A stretch of 64,000 nt of DNA. Origin: Prochlorococcus sp. AG-418-F08 (GTDB lineage: Bacteria; Cyanobacteriota; Cyanobacteriia; PCC-6307; Cyanobiaceae). The notes below the pieces were generated by a model. The model did no database searches, had not been told where the DNA came from, and saw only the letters and a program-made list of their open reading frames with translations. The translations under genes were made by a program, and so were the position numbers. The stretch covers positions 3,312-67,311 of the forward strand of contig QCLV01000005.1 in assembly GCA_003214295.1 (NCBI GenBank). The letters are read 5' to 3'. Below, one piece after another: positions 19,793 to 28,671 of this stretch; within the stretch, counting starts at the first letter, position 1; the number at the start of each line of letters is the position of its first letter.

Positions 19793-20575
19793 ATGTCTTT
19801 TATTAATAACTGGTGGCTGGTTCCATTAATAATAACTATATTCTCCGGGATTTTATGCCCAGCTATGGGAACTGTATTAATCACTCATAAGAGATTATTA
19901 CAAGTTAATTTAATCTCTCATTGTGTGTTGCCTGGACTTGCTCTCGCATTAGCGCTTGGAATTCACCCCTCAATTGGTGGTGTTATAAGTGGTCTTCTGG
20001 GCTCAGTAATTGCGGAAAGTTTAACTAACAGAAAAAGTGAAAATTATGAAGCAGTTATGAATACTATTCTCTCTGGAATGCTTGGGTTTGGGGTCCTTAT
20101 AATCCCTTTACTCGGAATAAGGATTGATTTGGAGGCAGTATTATTTGGCGATTTATTGACAGCAAATTTTGGAGATTTACTTAGAACAATAATTGCTTTT
20201 TTAGTATTTATATTTTTAATGACTTTTGGATATGAAAAGGTAGTTTATGTTGGATTAGATCCAGAAGGTGCATCAGCAAGCGGTATAAACGTTTCTTTGT
20301 TAAATCTTACTTTGAGTTTTACGACGGCATTAGTAATTGTTAGTTCAATGTCAGCAGTGGGAGTAATTCTTGTAATTGCTCTTCTTTCTACGCCAACTTT
20401 GTTAGGTCTAAATAAGGCTCATAGTTTAAGAATTGCAATGATGAGGTCTTCATTTTTTGGATTATGCATCTCACTTCTGGGATTTATTCTCTCTATAGTC
20501 TTTAATCTTTCGCCTGGACCTGCAATTAGTGTTATTTGTGTTGCATCTCTTTTGATTCCTAAGCTTCGCAAATAA
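19793..20575 (+). CDS. znuB: zinc ABC transporter permease (ABC-3)
   Basis: ISHCVLPG, LFGDLL, VGVILVIALL..P, LSPGPAI. Confidence 0.85.
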   Translation: MSFINNWWLVPLIITIFSGILCPAMGTVLITHKRLLQVNLISHCVLPGLALALALGIHPSIGGVISGLLGSVIAESLTNRKSENYEAVMNTILSGMLGFGVLIIPLLGIRIDLEAVLFGDLLTANFGDLLRTIIAFLVFIFLMTFGYEKVVYVGLDPEGASASGINVSLLNLTLSFTTALVIVSSMSAVGVILVIALLSTPTLLGLNKAHSLRIAMMRSSFFGLCISLLGFILSIVFNLSPGPAISVICVASLLIPKLRK

Positions 20576-20722
20576 TTAAATCTTAAATGTCCAATCAGAG
20601 TTTAATGCTTGAGCTTCTGGATTGTTTTTTAAAGCTACTTCCATAGCCTCTTTTTTATTATTAGCTATAACAACTTCATCAAATTCCTTACCATTTTTTT
20701 TGAGACTTACTTTGAAACGCAT
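20576..20722 (-). CDS. 48-aa hypothetical protein
   Basis: MRFKVSLKKNGKEFDEVVIANNKKEAMEVALKNNPEAQ...; E.V.A....EA...A...NP.A pattern; not in ORF track. Confidence 0.65.
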   Translation of the reverse strand: MRFKVSLKKNGKEFDEVVIANNKKEAMEVALKNNPEAQALNSDWTFKI

Positions 20723-20805
20723 AAAAATTTTTTAATTAATCAAAAGTTAACCACTAAGCAACTAGATTTAAATACTTTTAAAAGTTAATTGATGAAATAG
20801 AAACT

Positions 20806-21054
20806 TTAGTTATTTTGAAGTTTTTCTACTACAGATTTTCTCTCAATCTTTGTTACATCCTTTAATCCATTAGCATCAAACCAAGGAGCGTTTTCCCAAT
20901 TAAATCCTTCCCCAAAAGTATTATCGGGAGCAGCTACGTACCAGTGACATGATGAATCGGGAACATCCACAGCACATTTTGACCAGTCAGCTTCCCATTG
21001 TGGAACTTGTACCCACATTAAAGATGCTAATAAAAAAGAAAAAATAAAATTCAT
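20806..21054 (-). CDS. conserved hypothetical secreted protein
   Basis: WVQVPQW..DWSKCAVDVPD..CHWY..PDNTFGEGF.WE.APWF. Confidence 0.75.
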   Translation of the reverse strand: MNFIFSFLLASLMWVQVPQWEADWSKCAVDVPDSSCHWYVAAPDNTFGEGFNWENAPWFDANGLKDVTKIERKSVVEKLQNN

Positions 21055-21063
21055 AATTATCGG

Positions 21064-21207
21064 TTAGCAAAATTTTGAAAGATTTTTTTCACATTCTTTC
21101 TTTCTTTTCTTCCAATAATTCTCAAGTATTTGATATTTATGCTTATTTTTAAATTGACTTAAATGAAGATTATTCTGATTAAGAACTGAAGTATTTTTAC
21201 TTTTCAT
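21064..21207 (-). CDS. 47-aa hypothetical protein
   Basis: Short ORF ending ENYWKKRKKECEKNLSKFC just upstream of 21054. Confidence 0.4.
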   Translation of the reverse strand: MKSKNTSVLNQNNLHLSQFKNKHKYQILENYWKKRKKECEKNLSKFC

Positions 21208-21284
21208 GACTCAAACTGTCTATGTAGAACATATTTAAGACACTTTATAGATTTTTTGAAGTGAATTTATACTTAATTTTTTTC

Positions 21285-21419
21285 TTATTTTTGTAAAGGT
21301 AAGTATTTTTCGGGATTATTTTCAATATAAGTTAGCGAATATTTAACAACACCCACTATTACTGAAAAAAGAGCAATTGCCGAAATAATAAAAATGATTT
21401 TTTTGTAAATGCTTTTCAT
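21285..21419 (-). CDS. 44-aa single-TM hypothetical protein
   Basis: MKSIYKKIIFIISAIALFSVIVGVVKYSLTYIENNPEKYLPLQK. Confidence 0.5.
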   Translation of the reverse strand: MKSIYKKIIFIISAIALFSVIVGVVKYSLTYIENNPEKYLPLQK

Positions 21420-21535
21420 GAATTTTTTATGTTTTTGATTATTTATTTCATCAATGCCCAATTTTTCTGAAAGATTTAAATAATTAGTAATTTATACTGT
21501 AGCCTTTTAAATTACTTAAGGAGTACATTAAATAA

Positions 21536-21606
21536 ATCAGAAACTCCTCACACACTTTTTTCTGATAACTTTAAAAGTACTCGACCGCAATGTTCGAGTA
21601 CTTTTT
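21536..21606 (+). ncRNA. Yfr1-motif sRNA (Yfr10-like)
   Basis: ACTCCTCACAC (21543-21553) in loop of ATCAGAAA/TTTCTGAT stem, then AAAAGTACTCGA/TCGAGTACTTTT terminator; TACATT -10 at 21524. Confidence 0.75.
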
Positions 21607-21684
21607 GAATTTTTGCGATGTGACAGTTAAGATAGAGGTCTATTAGGCATTACATATTTTAAATTTAGGTGTGATAGTAAGTTT

Positions 21685-21783
21685 GTGTGTAGGAGGAATT
21701 GATTTATCTCAGTGGAAACAAGGAAACACTTGATATAAATCAATTTTTAAAAAGATCTCTCTTAGAGAGGTCTTTTTTTTTTT
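21685..21783 (+). ncRNA. Yfr2-family (Cyano-1) sRNA
   Basis: 5' GTGTGTAGGAG, stem carrying GGAAACAAGGAAACA, terminator AAAGATCTCTC/GAGAGGTCTTTTTT. Confidence 0.85.
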
Positions 21784-21911
21784 GATTTTTAGAAATACAT
21801 ATTAAATTCTGAATATAAAAACATATATTCTTTCTTCCAAAATAATTAGATATGTCATTACAAATCAGTAATTTAATTCGTTAGATTATAGTTCGTTAAG
21901 CTCTTCTGTTA

Positions 21912-22295
21912 ATGAAAATACTTTTTTTAGCGATTTTAATTTGTTCAAGCTTTTTATTTCCTCCTTCATCATTTGCCTCACACGTAGAACTAAAACCATG
22001 TGTAGAGATTGCTCATTGTGTACTAGAAGAATGGGAGGTTAACAATATTGAGAAACCTTTTGAAGAGATTAAAACATTTATCGAAAACACTCCAAGAACT
22101 GAGATAGTAGAAATTGATGGCGATTATCTTCATGCCGAGGCTACCAGTAAATGGATGAAGTATGTAGACGACCTAGAAGTATCCTTTCTGCCTGAATCCA
22201 ACATCTTATCAATAAGATCAGAATCAAGAGTTGGAGAAAGTGATTTGGGAGTGAATCAAAAAAGAGTTGATTTACTAAAATCGAAAATGTTTTAA
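21912..22295 (+). CDS. DUF1499 family protein
   Basis: YLHAE..S..MKYVDDLE, IRSESRVGESDLGVN..RV. Confidence 0.85.
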   Translation: MKILFLAILICSSFLFPPSSFASHVELKPCVEIAHCVLEEWEVNNIEKPFEEIKTFIENTPRTEIVEIDGDYLHAEATSKWMKYVDDLEVSFLPESNILSIRSESRVGESDLGVNQKRVDLLKSKMF

Positions 22296-22435
22296 GAAAA
22301 AAAAGTAAAAATATTAATTTGTTTTTATTGTTTTTTGTATAACTTTTCCATTTTTAAAAAAAATTAGCAGATAAAAAAGTGATAATTGTCATCATGCCCT
22401 TTTAATGGCAAATTTATTAGATTTTCTCTAAAAAG

Positions 22436-22720
22436 ATGATCATAAATTTTATATATATATTGTCATCTAGTTTTGTTCTTTTCTGGTTTTATATAAACAT
22501 TAAAAAAAATGGAATTAAATGGATAATCAAAGGTCTTTTTCAAATTGGAATATTGGTATTATTCATTGGAGGGTTTTTCAAAATATTTTTTACCTTACCC
22601 CCTAATTTATTTATAAAAATATTTTTTCTCATTATTTATACATGGTGCACTGTTGGAATAAATGTAAATTTTATGATTCCATTAATTAGTTTGATTGACC
22701 AAAAAATAGTAAAAAAATAA
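22436..22720 (+). CDS. hypothetical membrane protein
   Basis: 94 aa, three hydrophobic segments. Confidence 0.55.
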   Translation: MIINFIYILSSSFVLFWFYINIKKNGIKWIIKGLFQIGILVLFIGGFFKIFFTLPPNLFIKIFFLIIYTWCTVGINVNFMIPLISLIDQKIVKK

Positions 22721-22935
22721 AACTAAAGAATACCTTAATTGTTAGTACAAAAATAAATCTATTTTCTTAATATTCAATATTAAAATTTCTAAGATTTATT
22801 TTTTTCTTTTGAAAGTCTTTTTCTTGTATACCTAGTCTTTAATGCCAAGTCTGTAATTATATATATTCCAAATAAAAGAATGACTATTCCAATAAAGTAT
22901 TTCATTATTTTTTATGAAATTACTATATTTGAGAT

Positions 22936-23343
22936 TTATTCATGATGCCAACTAATTTTAATATCTATTTCTTGAGATAAATTTCTTGTGACTGGACATT
23001 CTTTGGAGGCCTTCTTCAAAAAAACAATAGTTTCATAAGAAGTGCTATCTGGAATAAAAATATCTATTATTATTTCTTTTATCTTCCTCTCGCTATTTTG
23101 TGTCATTAGTTTTTCAATATTTAAATATATACCTTTCAAATCAAATCCTTTCGATTTAGCTTTGATTGCCATAATGGTTAACAGGCAGGTACCTAAAGAT
23201 GTTGCTAATAAATCAGTTGGGGAAAAACTTTCACCTTTACCAAAGTGATCTAAAGGTGCATCCGTTCTAATAAGACTTCCAGATTGTAGATGAATAGCTT
23301 CACAGTTTAAATTACCTAAATAAGAACATTTCACTTTAGTCAT
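22936..23343 (-). CDS. OsmC/Ohr family protein
   Basis: TDAP...GKGE.FSPTDL...LGTC and CPV cysteines. Confidence 0.85.
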   Translation of the reverse strand: MTKVKCSYLGNLNCEAIHLQSGSLIRTDAPLDHFGKGESFSPTDLLATSLGTCLLTIMAIKAKSKGFDLKGIYLNIEKLMTQNSERKIKEIIIDIFIPDSTSYETIVFLKKASKECPVTRNLSQEIDIKISWHHE

Positions 23344-23465
23344 TTTAAAAAAAATTAGGAAAATATTATTAATAAAAAATTATGGAACATAACAAGATCA
23401 TTGATGAGAAATTTTATTTGCATATTAGTGAAATATTAAAGAAATTCATTAATCAAGTTTTGAAA

Positions 23466-23705
23466 TCAGTTTTTATCTCCATATTTATCTATGCAAAACT
23501 CAATTAATTCAATTGATTTATTAAGAGTTCTTTTGTTTTTATTTTCTAGATCGAAGCATTCATTTAAAACACGTATAGATTCATTTAAAATTGATTCTTC
23601 TTTGTTTTTTAAATCTTTAACTTGATTTATATAAATTAATTTTTTAATCCCAATAAGGGAAATGATTATTGATATTGTAAAAATTGCTATTTTGACTTTA
23701 TTCAT
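23466..23705 (-). CDS. hypothetical protein
   Basis: 79 aa, N-terminal TM, two Cys. Confidence 0.55.
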   Translation of the reverse strand: MNKVKIAIFTISIIISLIGIKKLIYINQVKDLKNKEESILNESIRVLNECFDLENKNKRTLNKSIELIEFCIDKYGDKN

Positions 23706-23769
23706 GTGATTAATTAATACAAATATTTTAATTTATTTAATATCTAAAAACTTTACATAGCAGATAGAA

Positions 23770-23871
23770 CTAAGTAATTACATATGTAGCTGCTGTTATT
23801 GTGACAGCTGCAAGAGAAATGAAGATGTATGGAACAACCTTTAAAGGTATATATAGATTATTTTTTGACAT
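23770..23871 (-). CDS. 33-aa single-TM microprotein
   Basis: MSKNNLYIPLKVVPYIFISLAAVTITAATYVIT. Confidence 0.45.
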   Translation of the reverse strand: MSKNNLYIPLKVVPYIFISLAAVTITAATYVIT

Positions 23872-23986
23872 AACTATAACTTTTAGAAAATTCTTACATT
23901 CCTTTTAAACTTTATAAGTCTTCAAATATACAAATTAATTTTATCCGCAAAAATTCAATCCTTTTAAAGGATTAACAAATTTATAT

Positions 23987-24193
23987 TCATTGAATTTTCA
24001 TTAAATAAAGTATCTCTAAATCCTGTCTTGAGTCCGATATTTTTCTTTTTAAAAAGATTAATTCTTCTTGGCTCATTTTTGATTCTTTTATTATCAATTC
24101 TGCTTGTTCAATGGCATGTTCTATGTTTCTAATTTTAATTTCTCTTATTGAGGGATCATCTTTACATGCTTTTTTAGTATTCGCATCTAACAT
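23987..24193 (-). CDS. hypothetical protein
   Basis: 68-aa helical ORF with ATG start. Confidence 0.6.
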   Translation of the reverse strand: MLDANTKKACKDDPSIREIKIRNIEHAIEQAELIIKESKMSQEELIFLKRKISDSRQDLEILYLMKIQ

Positions 24194-24372
24194 ATTTACG
24201 AAAAAATCAGCTTGAATATAATCTAAATTAAAACTTCATTATGCTACAACCGCAAATTTAGTTAAAATTAATTATTATCTACATAAGAACTTTAACCTTA
24301 GCTAACCCTCTCTTCAATTGATCGAGTGGGTTTTTTTTATGGTGTAATATACTCCTAGCATTTACTACTAAT

Positions 24373-24747
24373 TTGGAAGATTCAAAACTTAATCCTGAGG
24401 AAAATAATTCAATCGAATCGGTCCCCAATTTTAATGAAGAGAATAAAGATCTTAATGAGAGGGATAAAAAAGAAGAAAATGTTAAGGCATTTACTGAATT
24501 TCTAGAGAAAGCTAGTAATCAAGATTCTTCAGATGAAAAAGTAAAACTTGATTCTGAGCAACAAAAACTAAAAATTGACAAATCACTTTTTAAGAGATTT
24601 CTTAATAATGGATTTGATGGCATTTCAACTAATCCTAACTACAAAATGTTGGCATTACTAATAATCCTTTTAATTAATTTGTCTCTATTTTTTGTAATTG
24701 GCAATATGGGTAAAGCTTTTCTAAGAAATGCAGGAATTATGGGTTAG
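24373..24747 (+). CDS. hypothetical protein, acidic N-terminus and C-terminal TM
   Basis: 124-aa ORF, TTG start. Confidence 0.6.
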   Translation: MEDSKLNPEENNSIESVPNFNEENKDLNERDKKEENVKAFTEFLEKASNQDSSDEKVKLDSEQQKLKIDKSLFKRFLNNGFDGISTNPNYKMLALLIILLINLSLFFVIGNMGKAFLRNAGIMG

Positions 24748-24843
24748 AAATTATTTATTTCTTTTTGGATATTCATCTTTACAATTTTGATTCTTCAAAT
24801 GAAACTGTGATATTTTCTTTTCAAATTAATATTTAAATAAAAT

Positions 24844-25005
24844 TTGGATAATAAAGAGCCAGAAAATCCAGTAGTTTATCTTTCTAATTTAGTCAAGAAA
24901 TTAGATGTTAAAAACAGAAATGGTTTAGTAGCCTTAGCAATAGTAAACCTTTTAGTGATTCTTTTATTTAAATTTTATTTGAAAGGATCTGGATTATTAT
25001 CTTGA
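24844..25005 (+). CDS. 53-aa single-TM hypothetical protein
   Basis: TTG start; ...NRNGLVALAIVNLLVILLFKFYLKGSGLLS. Confidence 0.45.
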   Translation: MDNKEPENPVVYLSNLVKKLDVKNRNGLVALAIVNLLVILLFKFYLKGSGLLS

Positions 25006-25023
25006 ATACACCTGCTGGTAGTA

Positions 25024-25338
25024 TTATTCAGCATTTTCAAATTGCTTTGCTAATCTAAATGCCTTCTTAATTATCAGAAAGCCACCATAAGCTCCTGCCA
25101 GTAAAGGTAATACTATTAAGGGGTTAGGGGAATAATCTGAATAATTTTTCACACCCTCAACATATTTATAACCTGAACATTTAAGAAAGATAAAGCTAAA
25201 AAATGTGATACTCCAACCAATGATTGATAAAAAACCACCTTTTTTATCTCCTTCGTAGAATCTGTCTAGACCTAAGCCCCAACCTCCTATTAAGAATATA
25301 CCTCTAACAACTGAATTTTTTTCTTGATTTCTAAGCAT
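25024..25338 (-). CDS. TM2 domain membrane protein
   Basis: GGWGLGLDRFYEG matches TM2 G.LG.DRFY.G. Confidence 0.75.
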   Translation of the reverse strand: MLRNQEKNSVVRGIFLIGGWGLGLDRFYEGDKKGGFLSIIGWSITFFSFIFLKCSGYKYVEGVKNYSDYSPNPLIVLPLLAGAYGGFLIIKKAFRLAKQFENAE

Positions 25339-25470
25339 AATAAAAAAATGTTCACTCCGAACATAACCTATTTGTATTCAAGATGTGAAATGTTTCTATT
25401 AATTAATCTTTAAATAAATTTTGGCTGGATTTATTACATAAATTACTAAAAATATTAGTCATTCTTTGAA

Positions 25471-26241
25471 TTAATCACTAGAGATTGTATTTGAATTCAA
25501 CAAGGAAATTGAAGGCCTTATATAAATAAAAATAGACCCATACATATCCTGCATAATTCTCATGTCTTCGTCTAAATATACAATTGAAACCTGGCAATTT
25601 GGCGATTCTTTATTCCAAGGTAACTTATTCCATACCTCTTTAACTGGATACCATCTATCCATAAGTAATTCACTAAATAATGGAATCTTATTAAGTCCAT
25701 CAACTTTGGAAACTTTTGTCTTTTGTAAGTTCATATCAAGCAAATTATTTTCTAAAACTAAATCACTTGCTAGGGTTATTACTCTTCCGCCAAAAGTAGG
25801 CAATAGTTTGAACCAACCTAAGATAGGAATTGTTGTGAGCCCAAATATTGTAGTGTCAAAAGTAGATATAAATTCTTTTTTGTCAAAATCAATCTTTTGA
25901 GCAATTCTCCCAATAGTTGATATGCCAAATGATCCTACTTGCAATTGATGTAATTTAAAAAAAAGATTACTTTTAAATTCATCGTTTAATGCCTTTTCAA
26001 TAGCAAGGAAGAATGGAGAGCTTCGAAATAATTCAACATTAGAAAAAATCAATTCCCACTCTCCAGATAATGATTTTTCTGATATTTCAAAACTAAAGTC
26101 TTTAAGATCCTTAATCAATTCATTCATTTCATTAGCTTTTTCCTCATACATAAGAGAAATTAATTTATTTAATCTTTGCCCTCTATCTGTGACAGCAGCT
26201 ATTTTATATATATTTGACTTTATCTCTCCAATTTCTTTCAT
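25471..26241 (-). CDS. PAP/fibrillin family protein
   Basis: TDRGQ, LSGEWELIFS, I.YLDEDMRI motifs. Confidence 0.8.
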   Translation of the reverse strand: MKEIGEIKSNIYKIAAVTDRGQRLNKLISLMYEEKANEMNELIKDLKDFSFEISEKSLSGEWELIFSNVELFRSSPFFLAIEKALNDEFKSNLFFKLHQLQVGSFGISTIGRIAQKIDFDKKEFISTFDTTIFGLTTIPILGWFKLLPTFGGRVITLASDLVLENNLLDMNLQKTKVSKVDGLNKIPLFSELLMDRWYPVKEVWNKLPWNKESPNCQVSIVYLDEDMRIMQDMYGSIFIYIRPSISLLNSNTISSD

Positions 26242-26326
26242 AACTCCAATACAAGAAATATTAATTAATCTTAGGAATTTAAATTGAAGTTGATGGCAAT
26301 TTTAATAATGCTGGTAATAAAATCAA

Positions 26327-26509
26327 TTAATATTCTCCCCACCTTTTACCAATATCAAAACCCCATTCAGTGGTTAATCTAATTACTTCATCATGATTCT
26401 TGCATTTTGAAAGAGATAATTTTTTACTGGGATTATTTTTTATTAGCTCAGCAATTTGATTAAGTTGCTCTATTTTTTTTAGAAAATTACTTAGATCTTT
26501 ATCTGACAT
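26327..26509 (-). CDS. Nif11-like leader domain protein
   Basis: MS.KDL..FL.K ... C....EV..L..EWGF.I pattern. Confidence 0.65.
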   Translation of the reverse strand: MSDKDLSNFLKKIEQLNQIAELIKNNPSKKLSLSKCKNHDEVIRLTTEWGFDIGKRWGEY

Positions 26510-26513
26510 TTAT

Positions 26514-26621
26514 CTAGGAAGTAAATTTTTGATCATAAGTAAATATGTAATAAAGAACCCAGGCAACACCAATAATCAGAACTGCAATCATTATATTTAC
26601 TGACCAAACTACTTCTATCAT
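26514..26621 (-). CDS. 35-aa single-TM microprotein
   Basis: MIEVVWSVNIMIAVLIIGVAWVLYYIFTYDQKFTS, ends 4 bp before the Nif11 ORF. Confidence 0.55.
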   Translation of the reverse strand: MIEVVWSVNIMIAVLIIGVAWVLYYIFTYDQKFTS

Positions 26622-26746
26622 GTAATTTTTTTCTATATTTCATTATATCCAAAATTTTAACTAAATTAACCGTTAATAATTTAAATCAAGAACAATACAC
26701 TACTTTTTCTAAATGTATAAAATAGTCTTAAATAGTTTAAAAAATT

Positions 26747-26926
26747 ATGGGAGAAGCTAAGAGAAGGGAAGAGTTAGGCTTACCACCTAGAGAAAAGAAA
26801 AAGGAAAAACAAACATCGAAAAATCAACTAAACAAAATTTTAAATAAATATCCTTATTTACCTTTCATTTTAGGTTTTTCATTATTAGCAATATTAATAA
26901 TCGATTTAGTTAATTACTACAAATAG
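26747..26926 (+). CDS. DUF2839-like small protein
   Basis: MGEAKRREELGLPPR N-terminus and C-terminal TM; not in ORF track. Confidence 0.75.
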   Translation: MGEAKRREELGLPPREKKKEKQTSKNQLNKILNKYPYLPFILGFSLLAILIIDLVNYYK

Positions 26927-27012
26927 ATATATAAAAAAGGGGATACTTTTAGCAGAAGAGAAGATTATCTTCGCAATTGTAAAATTATTTTTCCATAATA
27001 AAGGTAAAACTT

Positions 27013-27198
27013 ATGAAACCGATTAACACTTCATGCGCCTTAATTATAGGAGTACTAACTTTGTTTTCAATATCTAATGCAAATGCAGGTGGTTGCAGTT
27101 CTCATACTGAGAAGAAGGCAGAGATTGAATGCTTGTCTGATGATAAAAAATGTATAGAAGCGAAAGAAAAAGAATCACTATACAAAGTTGAGGCCTAA
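27013..27198 (+). CDS. small secreted Cys-containing hypothetical protein
   Basis: Signal peptide ending ANA, GGCSSH...C...D.KC. Confidence 0.6.
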   Translation: MKPINTSCALIIGVLTLFSISNANAGGCSSHTEKKAEIECLSDDKKCIEAKEKESLYKVEA

Positions 27199-27501
27199 AT
27201 GTTTGATAATCTTGGAACTGCTTTAGTACAGGCATTAGGCTTTTTTGCTGTTTTTGGTTTTTTTGTATATCAAACTTTATTCGCAGATAGAAAACTCAAA
27301 AAATCAAAATCAAATCCTAATAAAACAAAGATTTCCGACACAAAAGAATCAATTAAAAAAGAACCTAAAAAAGGCTTATTTAACAGAAAATCTAAACCTG
27401 TTGAAGAAAATTTACCAGTCCAAAAAAAGGGATTATTTGGGAGGAAAAAAGAAGTTACTAAAAAAGAAATTAAACCAAAGAAAAAAGGTTGGTTTAAATA
27501 G
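27199..27501 (+). CDS. Lys-rich membrane-anchored hypothetical protein
   Basis: N-terminal TM, repeated KKGLF/KKGWF. Confidence 0.65.
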   Translation: MFDNLGTALVQALGFFAVFGFFVYQTLFADRKLKKSKSNPNKTKISDTKESIKKEPKKGLFNRKSKPVEENLPVQKKGLFGRKKEVTKKEIKPKKKGWFK

Positions 27502-27587
27502 GTAAAGCTACTTAAACTTTATTTTGGTATCTTTTATACAAAAAATATTTTTAGTAACTTTATAATTTATAGAATATATAATTTAAA

Positions 27588-27722
27588 ATGAACCATAGAG
27601 AAATCACAAAAAAATATAGTGAGTTACTTAACAAGGCTGAATTTGCCACTGGACGTAAGGAAGTTGTAGGTCTTTTAAAAAAAGCTGCCAAATTGAAATC
27701 TCAGATTGAAATCAATTATTAG
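27588..27722 (+). CDS. 44-aa hypothetical protein
   Basis: MNHREITKKYSELLNKAEFATGRKEVVGLLKKAAKLKSQIEINY. Confidence 0.55.
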   Translation: MNHREITKKYSELLNKAEFATGRKEVVGLLKKAAKLKSQIEINY

Positions 27723-27808
27723 ATCTTAAAATTAGTTTAATTCTAAATGTAAAAAATTTTTTTTAAATAAGTTTTTACATGAGATAATTTGCTTAGACTA
27801 TTTTTCTT

Positions 27809-27988
27809 ATGAATAAAAAAGGTTATACAACCGAAAGCGGTGGTAGACAAAATGGTTTTGCAATTGAACCAGATATTAACCCCATATCAGAAGGCGAATC
27901 AAAGAAATCCATATTTTTATTTATTGGAATATTATTACCTTTTCTAGTAGGCGGTTTTTATTATTTAAGGACTCTGAATATATTCTGA
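27809..27988 (+). CDS. Ssl1498/Psb34-like single-helix protein
   Basis: YTTESGGRQNGFAIEP motif then one TM helix; not in ORF track. Confidence 0.65.
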   Translation: MNKKGYTTESGGRQNGFAIEPDINPISEGESKKSIFLFIGILLPFLVGGFYYLRTLNIF

Positions 27989-27992
27989 TATT

Positions 27993-28139
27993 TTATAAGC
28001 CATTTTTAGCAATATATTCTTCTGAGCTAACTATATCTTGCATTAAGCTCTCTGATGAAGGATTAAATCCATTTTGCTCTAAAAAAGATTTAACCTTTTC
28101 AAATTTTTGCTGAATTTTTTTTGTATATGGAGTTGTCAT
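27993..28139 (-). CDS. 48-aa hypothetical protein
   Basis: MTTPYTKKIQQKFEKVKSFLEQNGFNPSSESLMQDIVSSEEYIAKNGL. Confidence 0.5.
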   Translation of the reverse strand: MTTPYTKKIQQKFEKVKSFLEQNGFNPSSESLMQDIVSSEEYIAKNGL

Positions 28140-28308
28140 TAAATAATCGTCCTTTTCTGTTGAATAGTTCATTTGATTAACGGATTACTTTTACAATTAA
28201 ATTTTGCAAAGTATGCTATTGCTAGTGAAGTTATAAATATTACATAAATAATTTATTAGTAATAAATACTTATAAGTTGTTTGTGTGAGATCGCTATTGG
28301 TGGATTTT

Positions 28309-28596
28309 TTAAAGAGTACTTATAGTAACTAGTTCCATTAAATCTCTGGACTGCAGATATTTTTGAAATACTTCAGAATAAAATGCTTTTTTTGCAGCAA
28401 ATTTTGATTCGAATTCTATTACTAACCCAAGCTGGCCTCCGTCCCATTCATTTGAGGTTGATTCTTGTATCAAATCTCTTTTTACTATTACTCCTCCCAC
28501 AGATTTGATCCAAGGTAATACTGTCCTTATATATTCCAGAAATAAATCAGCATTTGGAATTGAAATTTTCTTTAGCCAATAGCTCTTTGTCATCAA
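28309..28596 (-). CDS. DUF1330 family protein
   Basis: YW......EY.......GG and VIEFES..AA..AFYS..YQ pattern. Confidence 0.75.
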   Translation of the reverse strand: MMTKSYWLKKISIPNADLFLEYIRTVLPWIKSVGGVIVKRDLIQESTSNEWDGGQLGLVIEFESKFAAKKAFYSEVFQKYLQSRDLMELVTISTL

Positions 28597-28671
28597 ACCA
28601 ACATATTCTGGGTAGAATATAGCACATGGAGGTGAGTATTTATCCTTAGCTATATACTCAGCAGTTATTAA

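Noticed and set aside
19320-19793. Plus-strand ORFs 19320-19565, 19331-19555 and 19569-19793 seeming to bridge znuC and znuB
   Set aside because: Shadow ORFs on the opposite strand of a clear Fur-family gene; no recognisable motifs
26327-26509. Prochlorosin (lanthipeptide) cluster
   Set aside because: No GG leader cleavage site, core peptide, LanM or LanT in the window
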